A stretch of 46,887 nt of DNA from Vitrella brassicaformis CCMP3155 (lineage: Eukaryota; Protista; Chromerida): assembly GCA_001179505.1 (NCBI GenBank), contig CDMY01000585.1:1-46887 (forward strand), given 5' to 3'. The position numbers were made by a program, and so were the translations under genes. The notes under the pieces were generated by a model, which did not search any database, was not told the origin of the DNA, and saw only the letters and a list, made by a program, of their open reading frames with translations. Each line of letters starts with the position of its first letter. Within the stretch, counting starts at the first letter, position 1. This document shows, piece by piece, positions 1 to 11,784 of this stretch.

Positions 1-379
1 GTGTGTACCTACTTGGTGTGTTGTGGTCACTTGAGAAGGAAGGGCATCGTGGATGTGTTGTGATATGCTGTAACTGTTCCATCTGTGCACACACCACACC
101 ATTCGTGCTCATGCTTATGCTGATCTGTGCACTTGTCCACTGTGTGTGCGCGTTCGCTACCCAATGGTCATTTTCTGGATGCCTTTGTGCTTTCTTCGTG
201 ATTTTCTTTTCCTGAGTACACGCCGTGATGGTTCGTCTTGAGAGGGGGTGTCAGGATTGCCAGCTTGGCAAGACGAACCACTGCGAGCTTGTGAGCTAGG
301 GTAGATTGCTGTGTAACGGAGAGAGAGAGGCGGAGAGAGGAAAAGACAAGGAAAGACAAGGAAAGCATTCTGAGGAGAC

Positions 380-579
380 ACGATCCTATCAGCCATCACC
401 GAAGTGAGATCTGTGTTGACCACCCTTCATGATGCCATACATGGACAGAAACAACTTTGACTGATTGGCCAGTCCATCGGTCTTATTAAATCAAAAGCAC
501 TCTTACTCTGGGACTTACCGCCCAGCAGATCCTCTATTCAGCTAACTACAGGAAAGGTCCTCACCGGCCTTTTCTCACA
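380..579 (-). repeat. Decayed dispersed repeat, probably a coding relic (copy 1; copy 2 at 41078-41275)
   Basis: acgatcctatcagccatcaccgaag...cagcagatcctctattcagc...tttctcaca aligns by eye with 41078-41275 in the same orientation. Minus-strand translations: EKAGEDLSCS*L/IEDLLGGKSQSKSAFDLIRPMDWPI vs ERAGDDLFYSKLIEDLLDGNFQSQSALNSVRPRDWPV. Confidence 0.7.
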
Positions 580-831
580 AGACGAATTCGCATTCCAAAA
601 TCGTTACACGAGAAGGAGGGAGAGAGAAAGAGGGAAAAAGGGGAGGAAGGGAGTCAGGGGAGGGATTCCATTTCCACCACCAGTCTTCTTCAACCGCAGA
701 TCTTCACTTCCCGCCTTTGATCTTCCACTTCGACTTGTCGGCGACTCCTGCCGACCCGCTCCCTCTGTCATCTCCTGCCTGTTTCGCTGCACCCAAGAGC
801 GTCAACCACTCTCGATTGTCTGTCATCATCC

Positions 832-1402
832 ATGGCGCTCTTCTCGCGCCTGACGCTCTTCGTCCTCGTCGCTCCGCTGGTGGCCACCAGCATGGCCCAG
901 GTGTGCGTGACGGACTCCGACTGCTTGTCAGACTTCGTCTGCAGAAAGAATGATCGACTTCGTCTGCAGAAAGAATGATCAAGGCATCAGCTATTGCCAC
1001 TGCATAGGCCTTTGGTGTCAGTACTACGACGATGCCAAGGATAACTACATCGGTGGGTAACATGAAGACAGAGCTTACTGGGCGTCAGTCATCCCAATTC
1101 CTCCCTTCTGTTCTGTTGTGTGGTGTGTCAGGGTTGTTTATTGCCATCCCCATCATAGCGTTCCTGGTTTGCGCATATCTGTGTGTGGTGTGTTGCAAAT
1201 ATTGGGCGGCGCGGAAGTCCGCGCCAAGAGCGGTGATGACAGAAAGAAGGCCAATGTGAGCCAGCCAAACGAACAAACAGGGCACACTGCAACACGCATC
1301 CATCAACGTGTGTGCCGCCAACTGTGTCGTTCGTTGGCGTGTGTCTGTGTTGTTTTCAGGTACGTGCCCTCCCAGCCAGCTCCAATTCCCACCTGCGTGT
1401 AG
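832..1402 (+). pseudogene. Small type-I membrane protein (signal peptide, 6-Cys ectodomain, TM, Cys cluster, Pro-rich tail), frameshifted by a 25-bp tandem duplication
   Basis: Exons 832-1052, 1132-1255, 1360-1402 with GT-AG introns in matching phase. Removing one copy of gacttcgtctgcagaaagaatgatc (931-955 = 956-980) gives MALFSRLTLFVLVAPLVATSMAQVCVTDSDCLSDFVCRKNDQGISYCHCIGLWCQYYDDAKDNYIGLFIAIPIIAFLVCAYLCVVCCKYWAARKSAPRAVMTERRPMYVPSQPAPIPTCV*. As assembled, it stops at TGA 976-978. Confidence 0.75.
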
Positions 1403-3014
1403 GCCTGGCTACCACTGCAAGCACGGCAAATGTAAGTGAGGCAGTTCCGCAGGCAGACAGAAAGGCACGTGTGCCCATCTTCAGTTCACCTGCCCTCTCT
1501 CCGTGTCATGTGTGTCGTCGTTCGAGCACCGACTTGTGCGACGCACTGCTGCCATTGCAATGCAGCCATTGCATTGGCCGTGAGGAGCTGCGCCTCTGGT
1601 TTGTGAGATCCAATTGCTGGAGAGGACAGAGCCGCCGACTCGATGAGAGGCGGCACTTTCACCTGAGGTGCATGGCCAGCCTCGACTACTGCTCTTTCCA
1701 CGGACGCATTGCAATCGCTGGCGGAGGAAGACACCGCAAAAGTGGCGAGACAGCTGGCGACGGCAGTAGTCAAGAACGGGGCGCCTGCTGCCTCCAAGAG
1801 GCAGAGCGAACCCTAGAGAGAGAGAAGACAGGGCGGACGGGGGAATCACCTTGACCTCATCACCAATTGCCAGCATCCCGTGTGCAGCAGTTGTTTCGTT
1901 CATTTTTCGTTGTTTCGACCTTCCTGTGTTGATTCCCATCGGCACAGGCAAGACCAGTTGAGCAGCCAGCTAGGTGTGTGCATCAACCCGCTCGTGCGTT
2001 CGTTCGTCGATTCGTCGTTCGTCGTCCGCTCGACGACGTTCGCTCGTTGATTCGTTGATTCGTCTGTGCGTGTCAATCCGTGGGACACTCGGTGATAAGA
2101 GCAGTCCTCCGATAAGAGCAGTCCTCTGTGTGTGCGAACAGAGATAGCTTGAGCCTTCAGTAACAGAAAGCTTCACACACCCAATCACACACCCACTCTC
2201 TCTCACCAGCAACACTTCATCCAGCAGCCTCGAGCTTTGTGCTATTACTCATAGCACATCGGACACAGACACCGCGAGACAAAATGCGGCAACAGCAGAG
2301 AGGTACACAGCCGAGTACCTGAGTCAGAAGACCACAGGCAGGCGAGATTGAACAGGAACACTCCTTCGCTTCTGGATCTGCAGCTTCACTTTGCTTCTCT
2401 TGTCCTTGCGCCCCTCTGATGGCCTTGACACGTCACTTTCTGGCCTCTCTCTTGAGGAGGGCTGCTCCCTGTGCAGATCTCTTGTGGCGACGATCTCACT
2501 CGGGCAGTTTGGTCAAGGTCTTAAATGGGGGAGGGGGCTGCAAAAGGCCAGCTCCAATGGGTTAGTGATCATAGGTAGGGGACAACACGCCAGTGCACAA
2601 CTTCCAGTTGGGAGGAGAAGAAAGATTCAGAAAGGTTCCTCGTGCTTTACTAAGTCTCCTATCCGATCCATGCATACACACGACATCTCACAACATCGCA
2701 TGTCATGAAGTTTTTGCCTGTTAGCTGTGTGGCTGTTAGGCTGTTGTCTCACGACATGTGTGGCAGGCAGAAAACTGGCATGTGTGACATCTTGGCCCCT
2801 TCGAACGCACGTCAAGATTTTCTGGGGCCAGTTTTCTGCCCACGCGGCGTCGGATCAACCGTTGATGGGACAGAGACTTATTTCGAGACTTGTCTATCTC
2901 CTGCTCTTCAACGCTTGTGCCAGTGACTGTTATTGGCAGCGGCCAACGCCGAGGCGTTGCGGAGATGAAAATTTCATTTCTCTGATGGGTTGGACTTGAG
3001 ACCGCACGAATAGA

Positions 3015-3920
3015 ATGTCGTCTTCTCGCCCCAGTGTGGTCAGCTTATTTCTTGTTTTGGGTCTCCTCGCTTCGTTCGGGTCATGTGTGGAGAAAGACGG
3101 AAGCAACCAGCTTCGGTTTGAGGACCGCTCACTCAGTGATTTGTTCGCTTCGCCGCCGGTCAGGGAGACATACACACACTCGCGCCACGCAGATCCTACT
3201 GCCTCGTCGCTCCTTGTCTCCCTTATGTTGCGTGCTCCTTCAGGTCAACCTGACCACTTTTGTGGGGCTTTTGCAGGACGCTGGAATCGCCAAGATGCTC
3301 GCAGATGTGAAGGGCCCCGTGACGCTCTTTGCTCCGACGAACGATGCTTTCTCTCAGCTGGGCAATCTGGACTTCCTTCGCAATCAGACAGAGGTCCTTC
3401 AAGTCGTTCTCACGAACCACATCGTCAAGGGTGAAGTGGACATCTCGGGGAAGAGACAAGTCTTCTCTGTCCCGACCATGGGAGGCGAGGAGCTCACACT
3501 GAGCCGCGACAAGAAAGACAAGAGAATAAAGGTAGATGGTCGATGGAGTGTATCGGTCGACGAAGAGAGGCCGACAGTGCTGAGAGCCAATCACGTGCTG
3601 TTGACTCCAAAGGGGTTCAACATGCTCATTGAGGTATGTACAGACGTTTGCAAGTACCTGCAGCACCGCACCTTGTGATGCTTGTTTCTATGTTTAGGTC
3701 TCACAGACTTGTATCGAATCGTCCAGTGAGGAACTGCCCGCCATCGACCCGATTGCAAGTCCAATTGCAGATCCGATTGCAGGCCCTCTATTCCCGGACT
3801 CGGACCTGCCCGATGAGCCTTCGGGGAGAATCGGCGGTGTCATCTTCACAAATGTGGAGTACAAAGAGTGCCGCCCCCTTCATCATTTGAGCCACCGAAT
3901 CATGGCTGTGCCCCTGATAG
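3015..3920 (+). CDS. Secreted fasciclin (FAS1) domain protein; 3' end unresolved
   Basis: Exon 3015-3158 carries a signal peptide (MSSSRPSVVSLFLVLGLLASFGSC). Exon 3244-3633 has the FAS1 H1 motif GPVTLFAPTNDAF, then VLTNHIVKG and an H2-like VLRANHVL. Exon 3698-3920 is an acidic/Pro linker. Splice phases are consistent. Confidence 0.85.
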
Positions 3921-4011
3921 GTAACGACACACACGCAGTCTGCAAGACGATGCATCATGGTCGTGTCATGGCTGCAGCGAGCGGGTTTGACAGAGCGCGT
4001 CATGCCTTCAA

Positions 4012-6400
4012 GTGGAGACGCGCATCGGCAGCGACAATTCGACCTCATTCGCCACCGATACCTACCTCCGAGCGCTCTCGGCGCCTTCATCTGTGACTGG
4101 TGGCAAAACAGAGAAGGCCGCCGCACACGGCCCTCAGCGGCGATCGGTCACCTTCCAGGAGGACTTGCGAACCGAGCCGGTGAAGCCGCCGTCATGCCAG
4201 CGTTCTTTAGGGGAGCCCCGCAAGAGCGGCCGATGGCGGCAGTGGCTCGACAGCCGCGGCGCCATGGTGGTTGTGATTGTCACGTTCATCCATCCCACCG
4301 TGACCAAGAGCATGCTGGCTCTCATGCGCTGTCGATGGTTATCCCTATGTGAACGATGTCATATCTATCGCGACAGGCGAGAGTGCCACTCTGCTATCTG
4401 CCGACCCGACGGATGATATGCGGCCCCGGATGGACCTCGACTCACACATCATCTGCGGGTCTACCGAGCACGCGCCCTTCCTGTGGATCGCCGTGGCCGG
4501 TCTGCTGCTGTGGACCTTCGCCCCTGTGGTATGTGGCGTGGCGTTTTTGTGGCGGCACAGAGGCAGCCTGCAGAACCCCAACATGCGCAAGCGGGTGGGC
4601 TTTGTGTTATGTGGGCTATCGGAAGCCATTCTTCTACTGGATGCCGTGCTGGCCATGAGGCGTGTCCTGGTTCTGATTATCGCGCAGCTAGCGACTGCAT
4701 AGCCGCGCCAGCAAGTGCTCGCCTGGATGGCGGTCGCCTTTCTGTGTCTTGCGCTGCAACTCGCTGTGTGGCCATTCGACCGCGGCAGCATGGACATACT
4801 GAATCGGACCGAGTTGCGAGGGCTGCTGATGTGGTTCATGTCGTTGTTCGGCATGCAGTATCTGGTCATAGCGACGCCGAGTTTCCAAGTGACGATCGCC
4901 TTGGTCGTAGCGGTTATTGGTGCCAACCTGGCGCACTACATCATATTGGTGGCGCAGATTTGTCGGTTTGGGCTGCTGCAAATGGGCTACAAATACACGG
5001 CACTCACCGATCGGAAGAAGGGCATCGGTAGGCAGAGTCTGCACGAGTGAGTCCTCTCATCTTGTTGCAGCTCGTATGATGCCTCTGTCTGTCTGCCTGC
5101 CTTTGTCTCATATCGTTTCGTTTCAGCCCGCGTGATGTCGGGTTGTGTGACTGGCCCTCTGGTGTCTTGGCTTATTCGCAGAGAGGAGGACAAGCGGCGA
5201 ATCTCGCCAAAGGTCTTCTACGACTGGTCCGGCGCGGCCTTCTCTGCCGACAGCCCCCCTGATGCATCGGGGTGGTGCCATCCGTCTGTCGACCGTCCGG
5301 TGCATCGTGTGGTCACCGCCATGCAGCTGACGTCAGCCGCCGTGCAGGACGCCATCGAGGCACTCAAACTCACACACGTCCCCAGCGACTTGTAAGCAGA
5401 TCGACTGTGCACACTATGCACAGCAGATGATCTGTCTACGTGTGTGTGTTTGGTGCTTTCTTTGTTCAGCCATGAATTTCTGTGGAGCCATGCCTTTCTG
5501 GTGCAGACTTGACGGCAAAAGCGAGTGGAGATGCGCAGCCGCACACGAGACCAAGTGGTGGTGCACCTGCCCAAGCCCGACGACAGCAGTGCCACCGTAA
5601 GCGAGACAACAAGTGAAGACCCCCTCTGGCTACATGTATCTCTGCTTGGCTGGGCAGAAATTGCGGGACATGAAGACTGCCGACCTCTCGGACGCCTTTC
5701 TGAACCAATGCTCCACCGAAGGTCACAATTGTTACTTGATCGATTCGTGTCGTCATGTGATGGTGATGTCTTCAGTGTCTTCAGTGTCAACTCGATCGGA
5801 GGCCGACAAGACGTTCAGTGATGTGCGTGTTGCTCAGCCGAGGGCATCTCACATCGACACACAGCCGGCAGACAGGTCCGCATCCCACACATGAATGGCC
5901 ATTGAGTACATCTGTCTGTCTGTCTGTGTATCATCTCAGCGCTGATGTGTCGCCGGGCATCACACTGCACGACCTGCAGGCCAACTTGTGCCATGTAGTG
6001 GACGAGCTAGTCAGCAGAGAGCAGCTGTACCAGGCTTCCTTGCGACCGGCCGCCGATGGCAGTGATCTAGAGACGGCCGACATCAAGGCATCGACAGACC
6101 ACCACCAGCAGCACAACGGCGGCTGGCGGGAACTCTATGAGGCCTTCCGCAAGGTCAAACGGACACTCATCGAAAAGGGCAGCCCATCGGTCAGTAAGTA
6201 AGAGGTGCTCATGCTTTATCTTCTCTGTGAGCACCCGTGTACTCATTTGTGTTGTTGGTTGGGTGTAGGATGCCATCCCGGAGGTCTTCGCAAGCCTCGC
6301 TCACTCCGTGGGGGAGACGCTTGGCGATGCAGCAGATGACGTGCCCATCAGTGGGGCATTGTCGCTCGTCAGCTCGACCCAATCGCGGCTGAGCGTTAGG
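4012..6400 (+). pseudogene. Degenerate multi-pass membrane protein (C-terminal TM bundle typical of protist adhesin/TRP-like families)
   Basis: The reconstructed reading TFIHPTVTKSMLALMRC...LDSHIICGSTEH-TM-RKRVGFVLCGYRKPFFYWDAVLAMRRVLVLII...LQLAVWPFD..LNRTE needs frameshifts near 4340, 4613 and 4640. In-frame stops are TAG 4700-4702 and TGA near 5510. Downstream spliced exons continue to about 6190 and 6270-6400. Confidence 0.75.
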
Positions 6401-8728
6401 ACGCCCACACCGGCTCCCTGACGCCCCCCTGCCACCTCATGCGTGTCGAGTGGCATCGGCTCAGCAGTGATGAGAAGGACAGCGTGGCATTGTCGGTGTC
6501 GGCCGAGGCCGTCTGCAACACGTGCAGCGGTCTCTCTCCATCTGGTGCAGCCGCGGTCTTTGATTGATGGATGATGTTTTATTGATCAGCTCAGGCGTCG
6601 TAGTCGGCGTGAGTGTCCATACTCGGAAGCCGATGAGTGTCTACAAGGTTCGGGTGTCTTTCGTGCTGTCCGTCAGTGAGTGAGTGAGTGAGGGCGTATT
6701 CGTTTTTTCTCAGTCGAGGGCAATGCACTCGATCTGCTGTGCGCACATGAGCGCAACCGCATACAGGACGTGCAATCGACGCGTCTGTGAGCCTGGTGGC
6801 CGTGCTCACAACCGTGAACACAGTCGGATCGGGGGTAGTGTGCGATGGCTTCATGTGCACACGGCTGTGGACAGACATGCGCCGCTTTGGCCGCTTCATA
6901 TGACTGGATCGGTCATATGAAGGCCTTTGGCGCATACAGTCGTTTATTTTTATGGTATTTGGGCAAGGACAGGAATGAGAGCTTTTTTATCAGGGAGTTG
7001 GTGTATTCACTACATCACCAAGCTGCGCAGCTAGAGGTGACAGTTTGGTGGGTGGTAGAGGAGGCGAGGGGTAACGTGTGGGTGGCAGAGAGTTCATTCA
7101 GTATGTCTGCATGGTATGATGGCATGCATGCGACTGTGTGTGGCGTTCAATCGATGAAGTGCTGCGATTGGACACCAACATTCACGTACCATTATTCATT
7201 GTGCGTGCGGTGGAGTGAGTGACCGATGGCCGCCATGGGTGCGCTGCGGTGGCTATCGGTCACTCATCTCTCATGCATTGTCCGTCCGTCTGTCTGCCTG
7301 TTTGTCTCTCTGCCCACCCCGTATAAGTACACACATGCACCCACTTTTCACACACGCAACACCATGCGCCCAGCCGCGGCACACAGAGCCCACCTTCTGC
7401 GATGGACTCTCAGCGCATTCTGTGCGGCTGTTTTGAACACGCGCATTCACTGAATTCGCAAGCCCCACGCATCACTAGTGTTCAGATGAGCACGGCAGCA
7501 GCCTTCATGCGCACTTGCAATGGGAAAATGCCTCCACGCACAGCGATCGCCAAATGATGCGAGCTTAGACGTGCGAAGGGGAAAGGGGACGTTCAAACAG
7601 CACAGATCAGCACCAGAGAGGCTCACAGGAAGGCCACACACGCAGGCAGGCAGAAAAATCCTCAGCTGACATACATTTCCCTCTGTTTGTGTGTCGGTGT
7701 GTGTGCGCTGTGAGAGATTTGTCAGATGTTCGTGTTAGATCTATGCGCAAGGCATCCGAGCTGTCCGCCTCGTCGGTCATCATCGCTGTTCATTAGCCAT
7801 ATGTGCCATCCGCGGCACTGTGCCCTGCTGTATCAGATGCTCAGGCGAAGGCGGTGGACAATCCCGCGCGCTTTATCGTGTCCGGCTTCTTTACTCTCGA
7901 GCGATACTCAGAAGGTGAGGAAGAAGGGGGACGAGGACGAAAAAGTGGAGCATCATTTTCATTTGTGTGGCATTCGATAGAGCCTCCATTTTGGCTGACC
8001 GGTCCGGTCCTTCTACAGTTAACCCTTTTCATTGTCATCTTTTCTTTCCCAGTCAATCGGACAGGGACGCAAATGATGTCGGTGAGGGGCTTCTGCACAC
8101 AGGAGATGCGATGCAGTAGCTGATGTCGAATGGAGGCTTCCTTTGTCGTAAAGCACCTGGCCAGACGACTGCATCAGCGCTGCAAGCTTGGCAGAGGAAA
8201 CTCAGCAGTGACAGTCAGCGGAGATCGATGCACGTGGTGAAATCAGACACAGCTGAGGGTGGCTTGACCAAACGAGAAATGGGGCGGGGGCGAAGATGAT
8301 CAGAGACAGAGAAATCAGCCAGAGAATGCTGACAGATGTGATCGCAATTGGCTGAGGTTCGTCATGATGCGTGTGTTTGCTTGCTTGCTGTGCACGCTGC
8401 TCAGGTTGAGCTGCACCAGTTGTCATCTGGCGCTCAGCGCGTGCTGCAAGGTCAGCAGGACAACAAGCGAATTGATTGCAGGAATGAATGAATGTCACAC
8501 ATGCGTTGCCTCTGTGTGTGTGCGTGAGTGTGTGTGTTTGCAGTGACGGGAAGGTGGGCGTGAGAGAAAGGATACACACGGGCAGACGGGCATGCAGCCA
8601 CCAAGCACACACACAGTGTATGTCACACTCAGCGGCGGCTTATTCCGCGCACACACTGATCCCTAATCAACGATTGAGCTGCTGACCATGAGCACCTACG
8701 ACGACGCGCTATCCGACGCGCACTCACT

Positions 8729-9260
8729 GTGGTTCCTATGGGGGTGGTGCAGAAGCAGATGGAAGACCAGCTGAGGGCGGACGCAGCACTTCTAGAGGAG
8801 ATCAGACGGCAAAGGGACGACTACAAGGCTGACAGAGATGAATACAAGAGGGAGAGGGATGACTGGAAGCGACGCTATGAGGAGGTACACAGGGACGCTG
8901 TCTCCCGCATACGTAGGCACTTGCGGAACTGTGTGTATCTCTATGAATGTGCGTGTAGGCCGAGGCGAGGGTTCGCGGCGCGAGTCGAGAGACAAGGCGA
9001 GTGCCAGCTTGACCAACGCATCACTCTGGGTCGGCGACCTCGCGGAGAACGTGAGCGAGCCGCACCTATACGATGTCTTCAACGCCGTCGGGGCGGTGGC
9101 GTCCATCCGCATGAGTCGCGACTAGGTCACGCAACGCTCTCTCGGCTACGCTGACCCTGCTGACGGTGAGTGGGTCGGGTGGGTGGGTGGGTGGGTGTAC
9201 AGCTGAGCGTGCGTTGGAGAGCCTCAACTTCAGCCTGATCTGCTGCGGAAGGGTGGTCTG
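8729..9260 (+). pseudogene. Coiled-coil exon joined to a damaged poly(A)-binding protein RRM1 fragment
   Basis: [58 protein letters not shown] (about 9018-9235) matches PABP RRM1 (ASLYVGDL...SIRVCRD..TRRSLGYAYVNF...DAERAL). It has TAG at 9123-9125 and lacks YVNF. The upstream exon encodes charged heptads (RDDYKADRDEYKRERDDWKRRYEE). Confidence 0.75.
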
Positions 9261-10062
9261 CTCCGCCAGCAGCACCATCCACCCCATCCGCACCCCCAAT
9301 ACGGATCTATTGCATGGTACCCATGCCAGCTGCAATGTATATATGCGGACACTCATGTGTGAGCCTTTCTGTGTGCAGGCGTCAGGTCAGGCAGGATCGC
9401 AGCTGGAGGAGGGCGCCGCGGGGCAGAAGTCAACAGTGAGAGCGGGGCGGACAAGGTGACCCGGTTCGCCACGGAGCTGTGGAGGGCACACATCCCTCGT
9501 AAGCACACACACCTGAGGCTTTGTTTGGAGACAAAGGTCTGAGCTAATGTGTGCATGGAGGACTGTGCTGTGCCTGGACACGATTCTTGTCCAAGTGTCG
9601 TTGGAACGGGCGAGCCTCACAGACAGACAGACAGACGGCATGACACGCATTCATTCCCTCATTGATTCACCGCAGAGAACTTCTGTTGCCACAGAATATG
9701 CCACATGAGAGGCACACGAGGGCAAGAGGGAGAGAGACAGAGCAGGATGCATCCATGCAGCCACGGAAGTAATGATCGGCTAAGCGACGCACCCTGCAGT
9801 CAGTATGTGTGTCGTGTTATGAGCGACCAATCCTGTGAGATGTAAAACAGACGGCTCATGGCCACAATTGAAGTCGATCTCTGTCATCCCTGTCGCTGTT
9901 GTCGATGCAATGGCCAGCTCAGGCCATGGCAGCTTGTCAAAGAATACGCGGCTGGCGCATGGGTGACCGGCGGATATGGACTGCACATGTCTGCACCTTA
10001 TGGAAAGACAGACAATCAGACAGACAGGTGTCGATGTGTTCCTCTGGTGTGCACGTGGTGTC

Positions 10063-10944
10063 ATGGAGCAGCAGCTGAGGGCGGCCGATCGCAGTCTGAG
10101 GTTCACGCAGGAGGAGCTGCAGCGCCACATGATGGAGGGAGGAGACCTCAGGACCAAAGTAAGCCATCGCGCGCAGCAGTAGGGGGAGACACGCAGCACC
10201 ATCTCAGTGAGTGTATGTGGTGATGGTGGCTGTGCAGATGATGGCGAAGCAGGCAGAGGGATACGCCAACCAAGAGGCACACCTCGAGGTGACAAATCAA
10301 CCGACCACATAAAAACGCCCAGAGCTAGTGTCGTGTGCCTTATTGTGTGCTGTCCACTCAGTTCCTTCGCCAGCAGCTGGAGAGTGTGCAGGAGGTGCTG
10401 AAGCAGGTGCAGCAGGAGAAGGGTGCCGCAGAAGGAACTGCAAGTGAGAGAGGAAGCAAGACCCCACGCCACCCCTCACTTGGTCATCTGTCTGTCTGTG
10501 CAGTCGCTGCCCGTCGTGACCTGACCACCGCCCTGCAGGACCTGGAATACTTCAAGAAACACGCTGGACAGATGTAGGCGTCATCCAACGGAATGAATGC
10601 CGTACGAATGCTTTTTTGCTGTGTGTGCGTGTGTGTGTGTGTGTGCGTGTGTGCGTGTCTGCGTGTGTGCGTGTGTTCGTGTGTATTTGCAGGGGCGGAC
10701 CGACTGATGACAAGTACCGGTCGATGGAACAGCAGCTGGCGGCGTTGCGTAATGACAACGAGGGGCTGCAGAAGCAGCTGGCCATGATGCGACAGGCACT
10801 GCAGGAGAAACAGACGAGAGTCGCGGACCTACAAAACAGGGTGCGTAAGAGGGGGGGGACAGACAAAGTGAACTGTCTCGCGCTTCTCCATTCATTCAGC
10901 TGCGTATGCGAGAGACAGCTCCTCGCCACCCAGAACTGAAAGAG
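10063..10944 (+). CDS. Multi-exon coiled-coil protein (ends uncertain)
   Basis: Five phase-compatible exons: 10063-10158, 10362-10443, 10504-10573, 10693-10840, 10900-10944. They encode heptad-rich sequence (MEQQLRAADRSLRFTQEELQ; FLRQQLESVQEVLKQ; MEQQLAALRNDNEGLQKQL). Confidence 0.7.
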
Positions 10945-11784
10945 GTCAGTCTTGCATCCCCCTCTCTTTCTTTAAGCATCACATTCGATTGTGCACAATG
11001 TGTTCATCCATTCTCATTCGGTAGTGGTTCAGTCTCGTCATGTCAAAGTTGACGAGCATGTGTTCCCTCTCAAGAACAAGACCTTGTCGCCCTTCCCTGC
11101 CGTGCCATTTGGTGTCACAGCCACAACCACTTCCTTACCCACCTCACGGCCTCCTCGCTCGACCTCACCCAGCTGCACCACCCCTCATTCGACAAGGAGC
11201 TCCTCTCTGTTAAATCTCTTCTCCAGATTCAACGGAGTTTTGCAGAATAGGAATGGATGGATTGATGGATGGATGGATTGAGTGGCTGAGTAAGTGGATA
11301 TAATGAAACGTGGACCCGTGTAAGTGGATAAGTGTCCGCCCATTCGCATAATACCTGTACATCGGTGTTTGTCGCATACACGTATGTGTTAGGTGGAGGA
11401 CTAGCGGCTTCAGCCGCAGCGTCGAGCTGAGCGACCCTATCAAAAGCGTCAACTTCCTCAGGTACGCACCCACCCACAAACACCCCCACGTGTGTGTATG
11501 TCGTATGCCTACCTGTGTGTGCGTGTGCTTGCCAATAAACCAACAGAATTATATACTGGAAGAGCGGTGGCTCATTCGGCCCCACGCGCGACCCCAGAGG
11601 AAGCGTGGACACAATCACGTGTATGTATGTATGCATGTTTGTGTCGTGCGTGTGCGTGTTGGTGGCGTGCGGCGTTCCTGGATTGTCTGTCTCAGCATGA
11701 CTGACAAGCAAATGTTCACAGAGTGACAAGGCGTCACGCATTCATTCATCTCATGTTCGTTTTGTGTCTGTCTGAGGACGCGCA

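Noticed and set aside
2094-2126. Short perfect tandem duplications (17 bp here; also about 341-360 and 36561-36622)
   Set aside because: Common slippage events with no visible functional consequence.
1410-2700. Possible minus-strand gene or Cys-rich exons
   Set aside because: No coherent splice model; low-complexity composition explains the ORFs.
6590-8700. Exon-like fragments and short ORFs
   Set aside because: I could not assemble a consistent frame or recognise any motif.
10619-10680. (GT)n/(CA)n tracts giving VCVCVC or HTHTHT peptides throughout the window
   Set aside because: Intronic microsatellites, not coding repeats.
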